Shown: piece after piece, positions 1-11,150 of the stretch
Layout of the letters: every line of letters begins with the position of its first letter
Position numbering within the stretch: the first letter of the stretch is position 1
Assembly: GCF_030144855.1 (NCBI RefSeq)
Contig: NW_026779196.1
Coordinates: forward strand, 62,001-126,000
Direction of reading: 5' to 3'
DNA from: Hypanus sabinus
Taxonomy: Eukaryota
Length of the DNA: 64,000 nucleotides
The notes under the pieces: model-generated
What the model was told of the DNA's origin: nothing
The model's database searches: none
Seen by the model: the letters and a program-made list of their open reading frames with translations, nothing else
Position numbers and translations under genes: made by a program

Positions 1-270
1 CACGGAAACAGGCCTTTGGTCGGCCATACCTGTTCTGACCATCCACTCACTGTCTACACTGGTCCCATTTATCAGCACTTGGTTCACAGCCGACTGTATC
101 TCGGCAGTTTCAATGCTCATCCTCTTCGTAAATGTTGTGAAGGGACCTGCTTCCACCACCACCTCGGGCAGTGAGTTCCAGATTTCAGCTACCCTCTGAG
201 TGAGAAATCTCCTCCTCAGATCCCTCTGAACCACTTCATCCTCTGCTTAAATCCATGCCCTCTGATCGGT
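1..270 (-). mobile_element. CR1-type LINE 3' end fragment
   Basis: The minus strand reads like the CR1 ORF2 C-terminal 'TQRVxxxWNSLPxxVVEA' region plus 3' tail. The same family recurs throughout the window. Confidence 0.7.
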
Positions 271-290
271 GACATCTCTGTCCCAGGATC

Positions 291-530
291 GTGGCCGATA
301 TGGGCATCAGTGAGTTCTTTCATACGGTTCAGCATGGTAAGTTGCTGTCGAAAGTTAGATCACACGGGGTCCAGGGAGAGCTGGTTAACTGGATGCAGAG
401 TTGTCTTGATGGTAGGAAGCAGAGAGTGATGGTGGGAGGCTGTTTATTGGACTCGAGGCCCGAGCCCAATGAGGTTCCTCAGCGTTACACCCCATTGCTC
501 TCATTATTCATTGATATTTAATTATATTTG
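291..530 (+). mobile_element. CR1 LINE reverse transcriptase fragment
   Basis: HGKLLSKVRSHGVQGELVNWMQSCLDGRKQRVMVGG...VPQ matches the CR1 RT 'HxRLLxK...WIxxWLxxRKQRV...GVPQG' region. Confidence 0.85.
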
Positions 531-934
531 GATTTGCATAGTTGGTTGAATTCTGTGCTCTACTTGATCTTTCATCGATCATGTTACTATTCTAAAGATT
601 TGCTAAGTATTCTTGTAGGAAAAGATATCTCATGGTTTTATCTGGTATCTGACTATATAAAAGTTATGTACTCTGATAATAAAATTTACTTTGAACATCA
701 ACCATTGCTACTTGTCATCTGGATCAGTAATCTGGTTAAGAATATACAGGATATGGAGAGTAGGTTTGCAGCAAGTTAAAACGATTAATTTTACTCAAAA
801 AATATTAAGTATAAACACTCCGCTCTGTTTCCCTCTCCACATTCAACCACCCCTCCCTTTACTGTCTTCCCTCTCTGCCCCGTCCACTCTCTCATCCTGA
901 CATTTCACATAAGTTCCGTGTGAAAGTGAATTAT

Positions 935-1190
935 TTTCAGGGAATCTGAAGGGGAATTCTTCACTTTGGTGAAGAGGTTGGTGAGAGTGTGGAATGAGCT
1001 GCCAGTGGAAGTGGAGGATGTGGGTTTGATTTAGACACTAAAGAGGGATTTGGGTGAGGACGTGGGTGGGAGGTGTATGGAGGCTCTGATGCAGGTAGCT
1101 GGAAATGGGCAGTAACAACAAAAACAGGTCAGCATTGACTAGAAGGGCTGATAGGCCTGTTTCATTGCTGCTTGGCTCTGTGATTCTAAT
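935..1190 (+). mobile_element. CR1 LINE 3' end fragment
   Basis: 'gtgagagtgtggaatgagctgcca' (VRVWNELP) followed by a CR1-like tail. Confidence 0.7.
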
Positions 1191-1229
1191 AATATTGTGG
1201 TTTGTAATTTCCACAGTTAGTACATTGCT

Positions 1230-1540
1230 ACTAATGTCCGAACCCAGAAATTTGCCCAAACAAGAATTGAAAGACTCTTGGCTGGCTAAAAAAAGTGTCT
1301 GCAAGCTGTGATACTTGCCAAAGGGGGTGCTACTGAAAATGTAGGGCGCCCAAACATTTGCTTCTGGCCCTTTTCCTTTTTTTGTTATTTTGAAACTGTA
1401 ATAGATTGAAATAAAAATGTAATCTTGCTTAAATATTAAAGAAATGTGTCATCTCTAACTTTATGCCTTTTGGAAATCAGGTTGTCTTTTACTCGCTGAT
1501 CTATTCACATTAGCAGAACTTTTGACAGGGGGTCAAAAGC
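1230..1540 (+). mobile_element. Tc1/mariner DNA transposon 3' relic
   Basis: 'gctgtgatacttgccaaagggggtgctact' encodes AVILAKGGAT, the Tc1 transposase C-terminus. It is followed by the Tc1-like subterminal motif 'gggcgcccaaacatttgc'. Confidence 0.6.
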
Positions 1541-1544
1541 AAGG

Positions 1545-2315
1545 AAAATCATTGGGAAAATCAGATCGCTACTGGAAGAGTGGATTGGGAAAATCAGTTC
1601 TGCACTGGATCTCAAGAGAGAGAATTTCTAGAATGTCTATGAGATGGCTTTTTAGAACAGCTTGTTGTTGAGCCCACTAGGGGATCGGCTGTACTGGATT
1701 GGGTATTGTGTGATGAAACAGAGGTAATTAGAGAGATGGAAGTGAAGGAACCCTTAGTGATGACAACATGATTGAGTACACTGTGAAATTTGAGAAAGAG
1801 AAGCCAAAATCAGATGTGTCAGTATTTCAGTGGAGTAAAGGAAATTACAGTAGCATGAGAGAGGAACTGGCCAAGGTTGACTGGAAAGGGACACTAGCAG
1901 GGAGGACGGCAGAGCAGCAGTGGCTGGAGTTTATGCGAGAAGTGAGGAAAGTGCAAGACAGATATATTCCAAAGAAAACTAAGTTTTCGAATGGATAAAG
2001 TATGTAACCGTGGCTGACAAGAGAAGTCAAAGCCAAAGTAAAAGCAAAGCAGAGGGCATACAAGGAAGCAAAACTTAGTGTGAAGACAGAGGAATGGAAG
2101 TTTTTTTTAAAAACTTACGAAAGAAAAGTAAGGTCATTAATAGAGAAAAGAAGAACTATGAAAGAAAGATAGCAAATAATATCAAAAAGGATACTAAAAT
2201 CTTTTTCAAGTATATAAGGAGTAAAAAAACAGGTGAGGTAGATATAGGACTGAAAGAAAATGATGTTGGAGAAATTGTAAATGGAGATAAGGATATGGCG
2301 GAGGAACTGAACTGA
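1545..2315 (+). mobile_element. CR1 ORF2 endonuclease-to-RT linker fragment (degenerate)
   Basis: LEQLVVEPTRGSAVLDWVL..., KGNYSSMREELAKVDW, KDTKIFFKYIRSKK and MAEELN are CR1 ORF2 motifs. Confidence 0.85.
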
Positions 2316-2319
2316 CTCC

Positions 2320-2960
2320 ATGTGTGTATATGCAATTATGATAAGAAATACAGACCATAAAACTTAAATGACAAGCTGGCTCAGAAAAATAAATCATCAC
2401 TCTGGATGAAAACATTAACCAGTGAAATGTGTATGACCCTCCATGGGAGACATCCCAATGATCTGAGCAGACGAGATGGTGACAAGGAAGCATCGAGCAC
2501 CTGACTGAGAGTTGGAGACTTCTTCCCAGAAACAGAGGAGTTCCTTGCGGAAATACAGGACGAGGTGGGTAACAAAAGTAAAACAAATCGAAACTTCATG
2601 AAATACAAACAAACGAAGCAGTAAGTGCAGAAAAGGCCAAGAGAAACCAGACACAGTCCAACACATTCTAGGATCCTGCTGCAGTTTAACTCAATCTGAT
2701 TACTTACGCAGGTACAATCAAGTGGCAAATATCTTTCACCAAAATCTTGCTTTAAAATACAAACTCATGAATGCCCTCCATCACCTCATGAAAACACCAT
2801 AAATTCAAGCCTGATCCAGTTTTAGAGCCAAAATCTTGCAAATTATATGATCATCAATACATTATTTCAGATAGGTCAATCCATCTGGTTATAATATTAC
2901 AGGATAAACAAGCAGGAACAACTCCCCCAATAGATAAAACCATTCCTAACACACATGTTC
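2320..2960 (+). mobile_element. R4/Dong-clade (RLE-bearing) non-LTR retrotransposon C-terminal relic
   Basis: Manual translation gives LHGRHP..GDFFPETEEFLAEIQD..KCRKxxEKPDTVQHILGSC..DYLRRYNQVANIFHQNLA..IILQDK..ID. This corresponds to the zinc knuckle, RHNxV motif and restriction-like endonuclease region. Confidence 0.7.
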
Positions 2961-3840
2961 CTCAGCCAGTGGAACACCTCACCACAGGTAGTGTTTGTGT
3001 CATCAGTCAGATAACCTAATTACTTTCTCTGTCAATCTGCTTCCAAATGTCATTCGTTGACATGCCCTGTTGCTGAATCCCCTCTCCTCATCATACGTTC
3101 TCACCCCGAACATCGTCCAGGGCCCCAAATTCTGCTCTGTGCAGACCTCCCTCTGGTTTCTGACCCAGCTTCATTGAAAATCCAATTGATGACTTCCCAC
3201 TCTGCTTTCAGTCTTTAGAGGACAGTGGTGTTCGCTAACAACATTTTAGAAGTGGGGAAAGTGACCCATAATGTGGACATGAGTCGTGATTAAGGAGGTT
3301 AACTCCCAATGTCATTCTTCCTCAGCCCAGAGATTAGAGGGGCAAAGAACATCTCAGACAGAACTGCAGTCAGCTCGACTTCTTCAGTCTGCAAGAAATT
3401 CAAGGGAAACATATTCACCCACAGAGTGATGACTATTTGGACCTCATCCCAGGGAGAGTGAGAGGTGAACAACAGGGGAGGATTTGAAAGATCTGTTGTG
3501 GAACAGAATCACTGGCAGGGTTCAGCCAGCCTGAGTTGACTCTCTACTGTACACTAGGTGTGTTATAAATTCACTAAGTAACAGAGACAGTGCTTAAGAT
3601 AGAACTGATTCATTTGTCACAGATCTAGTCCCATTAAAGGTGAATATGCAGCAGAAGAAACTCCTCCCAGGCCCAGTGACCAGGGTGCAGAACTGGGTGT
3701 GGTGAGCAGCAGCAATAATTGCAGAGTTCAACACTTACAATCACTCTCAAAATAGCATTCAGCAATGGTGATGGACAAATATCCAGCATGAAGCTTATTG
3801 AAACTTTCTCCCCTGTGTGAATCCGGTAGTGTGTTGTAAG

Positions 3841-4256
3841 TGTAACACACTGTAAGGTTTCACTGCTAATGTAATGACCTCTCTGTAATGTTTCACTGCT
3901 GAGGTAGTGGTTTCTCTGCAGCAGCAATGTTTAGGATACAACTAGAGATAACAGGGTTTTGGAGTGCTGGGCTATCCAATGACAGAAATGTTCTTTCTTG
4001 TGAGTCTGAATGAGAGAATTTCATGGGCTTTTGTTGTGGAGAGATGAGAAGCCACAAATGGGGAGAGTGGGCCCTTTTTTTTTACTTTACTAACCCTTTA
4101 GTCAAAGTAAGAATTATGAATCACATCTTGTGTACTGTTTGTTATTTTGGGGTATTGATATGTAACAGGGGACGCGGCGCAGCATCCACACACATTTGGC
4201 CGAGCTAGGGGGCTATCACCCCCTATATTAAGCTGCTAGCCGGAGTGAGAGTTACA
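3841..4256. mobile_element. Solo LTR inserted in the terminal dead zinc finger downstream of ZNF-A
   Basis: Termini TGTAAC...GTTACA with 4-bp TSD TAAG (3837-3840 and 4257-4260). Removing it restores CGNVFTQSSNLTTHYRIHTGEK on the minus strand. Confidence 0.85.
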
Positions 4257-4290
4257 TAAGGTTAGATGACTGAGTGAATACATTCCCACA

Positions 4291-5853
4291 TTAACAGGAG
4301 GTTAATGGTCTCTCTCCAGTGTGAACTAACTGGTGTGTCAGTAGGCGAGATGACCGAGTGAATCCCTTCCCACAGTCTGAGCAGGTGAATGGCCTCTCAC
4401 CTGTGTGAATTCGCTCATGTACCTTCAATTGAGATGATTGAGTGAATCCCTTCCCACAGAATATGCAGGTGAACGGCCTCTCCCCAGTGTGAACTGACTG
4501 GTGTGCTTGTAGGCCAGCTAACTGTGTGAATCCCTTCCCACAGTCTGAGCAGGTGAATGGCCTCTCCCCAGTGTGTACTCGCTGATGTACCTTCAATTGA
4601 GATGACCGAGTGAATCCCTTCCCACAGTCTGAGCAGTTGAATGGCCTCTCCCCAGTGTGAACTAAATGGTGTGCTTGTAGAGTAGCTAACTGAATGAATC
4701 CCTTCCCACAGTCTGAGCAAGTGAACGGCCTCTCCCCAGTGTGAACTCGCTGATGTACTTTCAGTTGAGATGACGAAGTGAATCCCTTCCCACAGTCCAA
4801 GCAGGTGAATGGCCTCTCCCCAGTGTGAACTCGCTGATGTACCTTCAGTTGAGATGACCGAGTGAATCCCTTCCCACAGTCTGAGCAGGTGAATGGCCAC
4901 TCTCCAGTGTGAACTGACTGGTGTGTCAGTAGGCAAGATGATAGAGTGAATCCCTTCCCACAGACTGAGCAGGTGAATGGCCTCTCACCAGTGTGAACTG
5001 AATGGTGTGCTTGCAGGCTAGATAACTGTGTGAATCCCTTACCACAGTCTGAGCAGTTGAACGGCCTCTCGCCAGTGTGAACTGACTGGTGTGCTTGCAG
5101 GCCAGATAACTGTGTGAATCCCTTCCCACAGTCTGAGCAGGTGAACGGCCTCTCCCCAGTGTGAACACGCTGATGTACCTTCAGTTGAGATGACAAAGTG
5201 AATCCCTTCCCACAGTTTGAGCAGGTGAATGGCCTTTCTCCAGAGTGAACTGACAGATGTACCTTCAGTTGAGATGACCGAATGAACCCCTTCCCACATT
5301 CTAAGCAGTTGAACGGCCACTCTCCAGTGTGAACTGACTGGTGTGCTTGTAGGTTAGCTAACTGTGTGAATCCCTTCCCACAGTCTGAGCAGGTGAATGG
5401 CCTCTCCCCAGTGTGAACTCGCTGATGTACTTTCAGTTTAGATGATGAATTGAATCCCTTCCCACAGTCTGAGCAAGAGAACGGCCTCTCCCCAGTGTGA
5501 ACTGACTGGTGTGCTTGTAGGTTAGCTAACTGTGTGAATCCCTTTCCACAGTCTGAGCAGTTGAACGGCCTCTCCCCAGTGTGAACTCGCTGATGTACCT
5601 TCAGTTGAGATGACGAAGTGAATCCCTTCCCACAGTCTGAGCAGGTGAACGGCCTCTCCCCAGTGTGAACAGACTGGTGTGCTTGTAGGCCAGCTAATTG
5701 TGTGAATCCCTTCCCACAGTCTGAGCAGGTGAATGGCCTCTCTCCAGTGTGAATTCGCTGATGTATCTTCAGTTGGGATAAGTAGGTGAATCCCTTCCCA
5801 CATTCCGAGCAGGTGAACGGCCTCCCCTCAGTGTGAACTCGCTGGTGAGCCAT
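4291..5853 (-). CDS. Tandem C2H2 zinc-finger protein ZNF-A (18 fingers, 520 aa, no effector domain seen)
   Basis: Uninterrupted ORF of CxxC-x12-HxxxH fingers with TGERP linkers. Confidence 0.93.
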   Translation of the reverse strand: MAHQRVHTEGRPFTCSECGKGFTYLSQLKIHQRIHTGERPFTCSDCGKGFTQLAGLQAHQSVHTGERPFTCSDCGKGFTSSSQLKVHQRVHTGERPFNCSDCGKGFTQLANLQAHQSVHTGERPFSCSDCGKGFNSSSKLKVHQRVHTGERPFTCSDCGKGFTQLANLQAHQSVHTGEWPFNCLECGKGFIRSSQLKVHLSVHSGERPFTCSNCGKGFTLSSQLKVHQRVHTGERPFTCSDCGKGFTQLSGLQAHQSVHTGERPFNCSDCGKGFTQLSSLQAHHSVHTGERPFTCSVCGKGFTLSSCLLTHQSVHTGEWPFTCSDCGKGFTRSSQLKVHQRVHTGERPFTCLDCGKGFTSSSQLKVHQRVHTGERPFTCSDCGKGFIQLATLQAHHLVHTGERPFNCSDCGKGFTRSSQLKVHQRVHTGERPFTCSDCGKGFTQLAGLQAHQSVHTGERPFTCIFCGKGFTQSSQLKVHERIHTGERPFTCSDCGKGFTRSSRLLTHQLVHTGERPLTSC

Positions 5854-6257
5854 GAAGTCAGATGACCGAGTGAATCCTTCCCCACAAATTCAGCAGATGA
5901 CCAGCCTCTGCCCAGTGTGAACTGACTGGTGTGTCCACAGGTGGGAAGACGACTGAATCCCTTCTCACTCACAGAACAGGTGAATGGCCTTGTCCAGTGT
6001 GAATTTGCTGATGTACATTCAGTTGAGAAGACCCACTGAATCCATTCTCACAGTCTGAGCAAATGAACGGCCTCTCCCCGTGTAAAATTTCCGCTTTGCC
6101 AGTCGGTCAGATGACCAAGTGAATCCCTCCCCACAGCCTGAGCAGGAAGGATGATCGAGTGAATCCCTTGCTCCACTTCTTAAATATCTGGACAGAGACA
6201 GCAAAATTGGCATGTTGTGTTCGAAATTCCCGTAGATAAATTCCTTGTTTTTAGCCT
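5854..6257 (-). other. 5' part of the ZNF-A array exon: splice acceptor (tttttacag at 6256-6257) plus decayed fingers
   Basis: The same acceptor context occurs at ZNF-B (30690-30691) and ZNF-C (51139-51140). Finger relics with stops and frameshifts precede the ATG. Confidence 0.65.
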
Positions 6258-6594
6258 GTAAAAAGATTTACAAAATCCATCAATGTGTGTGGGGCAACTT
6301 TTCATATGAGTTCACTTGAGTTGTCACGGTGTGATCTGGCAACACACTCTTACAGTGAAGTTCAACCCAAGTTGGAGAGAGAAATCATCTTCTAACTGGG
6401 CACAGTGCTGGTACCTGGAATGACCATCGAACTCTCTGATGCTCTTCCTGTCTCTTTAAGAATGGGGCATCTCTCCCATCTCCAATCTGTGACCTGGCTC
6501 AGTTTGACTCTCGCCATTGGTATTGCTCCCTCTTCCCACTGAGCAGCACGGGCTCCTGGCCCCACTGTAACTGAAATACTCTCACACAAATAGC

Positions 6595-8220
6595 CTGCAG
6601 TGCATTCCACGCACCCACCACTCTCTGGGTAAAAATCTTACCCCTGACATCCTCTCGGTATCTATTTCTAAGCACCATAAAACTATGCCCCTTCGTGTTA
6701 GCCATTTCAGCCCTGGGAATAAACCTCTGCCTATCCACATGATCAATGCCCCTCATCATCCTATACACGTAAAAAAAGGCTCTAAACATAAACAAGGACA
6801 TTGTACATAGCTTTGGGAAATTGTCAGAAGTATACAAGATTATGAGGGTGTAGATAGGGTAAATGCAAGCAGCTTTTTCCACTGAGGTTGGGTGGGATGG
6901 CAACCAGAGGTCATGGGTAAGTGGGGAAGGTGAAAACTTAATGGGAACATATGGAAAAGCTCTTTACTGAAATGGTCGTGAGAGTGTGCAATGACATGTC
7001 AGCACAAGTGGTGAATACGAGCTCGGTTTCGCCATTTCAAAGAGGTTTTGATGGAAGCCTGGATGGTAGGTGTATGGAGGGCGATGGTCTCAGTGCAGTT
7101 AGTTGCAATAGACAGCTTAAATGTTTTTTTGGCATTGACTAGATGGGCCAAATGGCCTGTTTCTATTTTGAACGTCTCCATTATTCTATGACAGAGAAGC
7201 TGGACAAACTTGTTTGGAAGGGAAAAGGTTGGAGTGACAACGGAGCAGCAATGGCTGGAATTTCTGGGAGCAATTCAGGAGCTGAGTGATCGACATATCC
7301 CAAGGAAGTGAAAACATTGGAAACCAGGAGTACATAACCATAGTTGAATTGAGAAGCTAAAGCCAACATAAAAGCCAAAGAGAGGGCAAACAAAAGAGCA
7401 AAAGCTATTGGGAAGCGAGAAACCAACAGAAGACAATGAAAATGTTCAGATGAGCTCAGGGCATGGATGATGATTAATGAGTCTTGGTAGCACCCAAAAG
7501 TCTGAGGCATTTAAAGGAACGAAATATCCGGGGCTTCAATATAGCCAGAAAGCCAAGATTCCCTGCACCAGTTACGTTTCAACTGTTACATTGTTAGGCA
7601 CATAAAGTCTCTACACCCTCAAAATTTCACTTCTGAAGGCCTCCCACTTACAAAGTACTCCTTTGTCAGAAAACAGCATGTCCCAATCCACACTTGTCAG
7701 ATCCTTTCTGATACCATCAAAATTGACCTCTCTCCAATTTAGAATCTCAACCCATGGTCCAGACCTCTCTTTTTTCATCTTTATTTTGAATTTCATGGCA
7801 TTATGAACACTAATTTCTGTCACCAGCCCTGGTCATTGCCTAACAGCTTATTGCACACTTCTACATCGGGAATTTTACGTACCAATTAAGGGCACATTTG
7901 ACAAACTTTACCCCATCTAGTCCTTTTACAGTATGGGAGTCCCAGTCAATATATGGAAAGTTAAAATCGCTTACAATCTCAACCTTTGTTTCTTGGCATG
8001 GTCTGTGACCGCTCTGCAAATTTGTTCCTCTAAATCCCTCAGACTGTTGGGTGCAACCAAGCCCCTATAATGGCCACAATATCATAATTCCCTGTCCTGG
8101 GCTCATCTGGCTTTCCTACAATGCTTCTTGCATTGTGCTATACACAGCTCAGCACATTCATCGCACCATGCTCAACCATTTGATTGCTGACTCTGTCTGA
8201 GGTCTGAACAATATCTGACT
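6595..8220. mobile_element. Patchwork of CR1 fragments in both orientations (ZNF-A intron)
   Basis: CR1 motifs FTQRVVGAWNAL and FDGIRKDLTSVDW. The same fragment order is seen inverted at about 24050-25600 and, in part, direct at about 51440-51920. Confidence 0.7.
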
Positions 8221-8879
8221 GGTGTCAAGAAAACAAACTCTCCCTCATTATCACAAAAACAAAGGAGCTGATTGTGGAGGACAGGAGGAGTGGAGACACA
8301 GATAAGGGCATCACCCTGGGACCAGTGACCAAACGACAGCTTCCCCAGTTTCCGAATCCCCAGTAGTGGGCACTTAATCTGGACTCCACCGCGTTTGAAC
8401 CCCTTCCGTCAGCGGCCGACCCTCATGTGATTCTGTGCTATGACACTAGGGGGTGCTCATTGAGGAAAGCCAATATTATGCACCCCTCGAGCGAGAGAAG
8501 TTCCCAGTCATGGTGATTGGACAGGATTAAGGAAAAGAGGGCAGCACATTACTGGCCGAAGTTCCGGATTTCCTTTGGTGGCAGACAGGACTGGTGGCTC
8601 CCCGTACCATCGTTAGGGTTTGCCCTGGGTTCAAGTCAAAAAGCCCAGAGTTCCTTGCCTTCACCCTGAGGAAACAAGCCTCCAGCAGCAAGGGAGACTG
8701 GCAAGACTTGGCCGTGGGCCAACTCCGATACTGGAAGGACATTGAGGTGAAGACGGGACATCTGGTAAGACTCTCTTTTAAAATTGACTGAACCCAAGAC
8801 ATTGCACACAATCTCTGCTCAATTTCAGGCAATGAATTTGACTGCACCAACTGCCCCCTGTCTGGATCACCGTGAAAGA

Positions 8880-9355
8880 AGGACAGACTCTCCCATCCCT
8901 TCCTCAAAACCCCCTCTAGCCTGAGGTAACGTTCCCTGAGGATGGAAGCTCTTTTGTGGATCCAGCAGGAAAACGATATTCTGACTATACAATAGTGACG
9001 GACAGTGAAGTAATTGAGAAGGCCTCTTTTGAAGCAGCTGTCTCTGCCCAGAAGGCTGAACTGTTTGCTCTGACTCGTGCCTGTATCCCAGCAACAGACT
9101 AAAGTGGGAACGTTTACACAGACTCCCGTTATGCATTTGGAATTGTACATGACTACGGGGCTCTCTGGGAACATGGGGATTCCTGTCTTCCTCTGGCCAC
9201 CCCATTAGTAATGTCACCTTTGTAAACAACTTACTCACCACTCTACAGCTACCTCGAGCTTTGGCTGTTATTTAATGAGCGGCCCACACCTACATGTTGA
9301 CTGAGTCACTAAATGCAATGCTTTAGCGGATGAGACAGCGAAAAGTGTGGCACAA
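8880..9355 (+). mobile_element. Endogenous retrovirus (class I, gamma/epsilon-like) pol RNase H relic
   Basis: Manual translation gives DGSSFVD..VSAQKAELFALTRAC..NVYTDSRYAFGIVHDYGALW..GFLSSSGHPI..AAHT..NALADETAK, with stops and frameshifts. Confidence 0.85.
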
Positions 9356-9763
9356 TCCTAGTAGTTGTAGTCTCCTCGGGTTCCCATCAGGCAACCCTCT
9401 TGTGTGGAGGGTATCTGGACGGATATATCAGTGGTGTAAGGGGAATTGTTAGTCAGTTAGTGGATTGGGCGGGAACAGTCATCAACTGTTCCTGTTTGAG
9501 CGACTAACTGAGTAAGCCCGATGCTTGGAATAAAGAGTTTGTACTTATACAGTCTCTCAGTGACTTTATCCAGATTCGACTTCCACATAATGGGAGTGGT
9601 TTCAAAGGGTTGCTGGATGCACATTACCAGACCTGGAGTGATTGCAACTGGGTCTGACGGAGGCATAACTGGTACTTCTGGACATGTTCAGCCTCACTCC
9701 AGCTATTTGCTACCTTCCACTGTACAGGTATGAAATGTCTAAAGAACAGGAAGTAAGACTCAC

Positions 9764-9931
9764 CAAAATTTCTCCTGACTGAATCACTGGAATGTCCGAG
9801 TCAGTTGGGTTCTCTCTGATTGATGCTCTCAGTCCTCGGGTTGGTTCACTTGTTGCTGCTCCCTCGTCATCAGTCGTGGTTTTCCTCCAGTTGGGGTTTT
9901 TCTTCCAATAAATCTCTCACTGCAGGTCTAA
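9764..9931 (-). other. Possible non-coding internal exon of ZNF-A
   Basis: Pyrimidine-rich tract with AG at 9933-9932 and a G|GTGAGT donor at 9764/9763. All three frames contain stops. Based on splice motifs only. Confidence 0.3.
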
Positions 9932-10639
9932 CTTTAAATTGAAAGATAATGAAGCATATTAACAACAAAAAAGAGAACCAAAAATTTCAGATTCATGTTA
10001 TTAAGAACAAAACTCACTGAAATTTAAATATTGAAGGCAAATATACAGTAATGATCTCAGTGAGCAATCTTTTATTGTCCCACACACGTCACAAAACGAT
10101 ATGGAATCAGAAGGAGCCATCATTCAGTCATGGTCAGGCAGAAGGAACAGATTCAGATGATTCAATCCTTCTGATCTGCCCCATCATTCAACTATGGTTG
10201 ATTTTTATTTCAACACCATATTCTTGCCTTCCTCCTGTAACCCTGTAGCTACTTAACAATCTTTAATGTATTAATCTCCCTCATAAATATACCCAAACGG
10301 TAGCCTCTACCAAACTCTGCGGCAACAAATTCCACACTTCAGACACCTTTTGGCCAAAAGATTTTTCTCAGCTGAATTTTAACAGGAGGCATTTTTATTC
10401 TGAGACGGTGCTGTCAGATTACAGACTCTCCGTCTAATGGAAACATCCTCTCCATGTACACTGTATCCAGGCTTTTTAGCATTCGGAATGTTTACTTAAT
10501 CATACATCGCCCTCACAACCCCCCACCGTCCCTCTGAACTCCATCGAGCACAGGTCCGGAGACATCAAATGCTCCTCATACATGAAGCCGATCGTTCCTG
10601 ATATTATTCATGTCAACCTTGTTATCAACACTCCACTTG

Positions 10640-11150
10640 ATCCTCCGTCACAAAGCGGAGGGCGGGGCGGATCTGCGGCACGCAGCCTCACGTGACCTGT
10701 TGGTTGGTCTCCCATTTCAATTCTGCGGAAATAGACAGCCTGGGCTCCTGGTTTGAATCGTTCAAAGCAGATTAAGTGAAGTCGACATATTTTTGACGAG
10801 CCCAGATAACTGGAAAATAAATGAGTAACTGGCCGCCAGTTCGGGGCTCACGGCCAACATCGGACCTCCCTGCTCGGGATCGGTCTCAATACTCACCAAT
10901 AGGAAAGTGATATCTTCAGCCCGGACACAGTAATCCAGATCCCCGGCTCCGCGATATACGAGATGAGAAGCCTTTCTGGATCCGGCAGACTTCAGCACCG
11001 AGCGTTAAGGAAAACACCCGGAGACAGTGAGCATGCGCGGTGTGGTACGTCATCAGGAGGGCGGGGCCTCAGAAACGGCTGCGCGATGTTGCCCTCCTGC
11101 GGTTTAATGGGGTGGGGGGGGGGGGGGAGAGAACTGCATCACGTGACCGG
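10640..11150 (-). promoter_or_regulatory. CpG-rich putative promoter/first exon of ZNF-A
   Basis: CpG-rich, with GC boxes, TCACGTGAC E-boxes, CRE-like GATGACGTA (11054-11046), NRF1-like GCGCATGC (11038-11031) and a G|GTGAGT donor at 10897/10896. Confidence 0.6.

Noticed and set aside
4291-5853. PRDM9 or a named KRAB-ZNF orthologue
   Set aside because: No SET, KRAB or SSXRD coding sequence was seen, and finger arrays alone do not support a gene symbol.
8527-9174. 215-aa minus-strand ORF
   Set aside because: Antisense shadow of the ERV relic, with no recognisable motifs.
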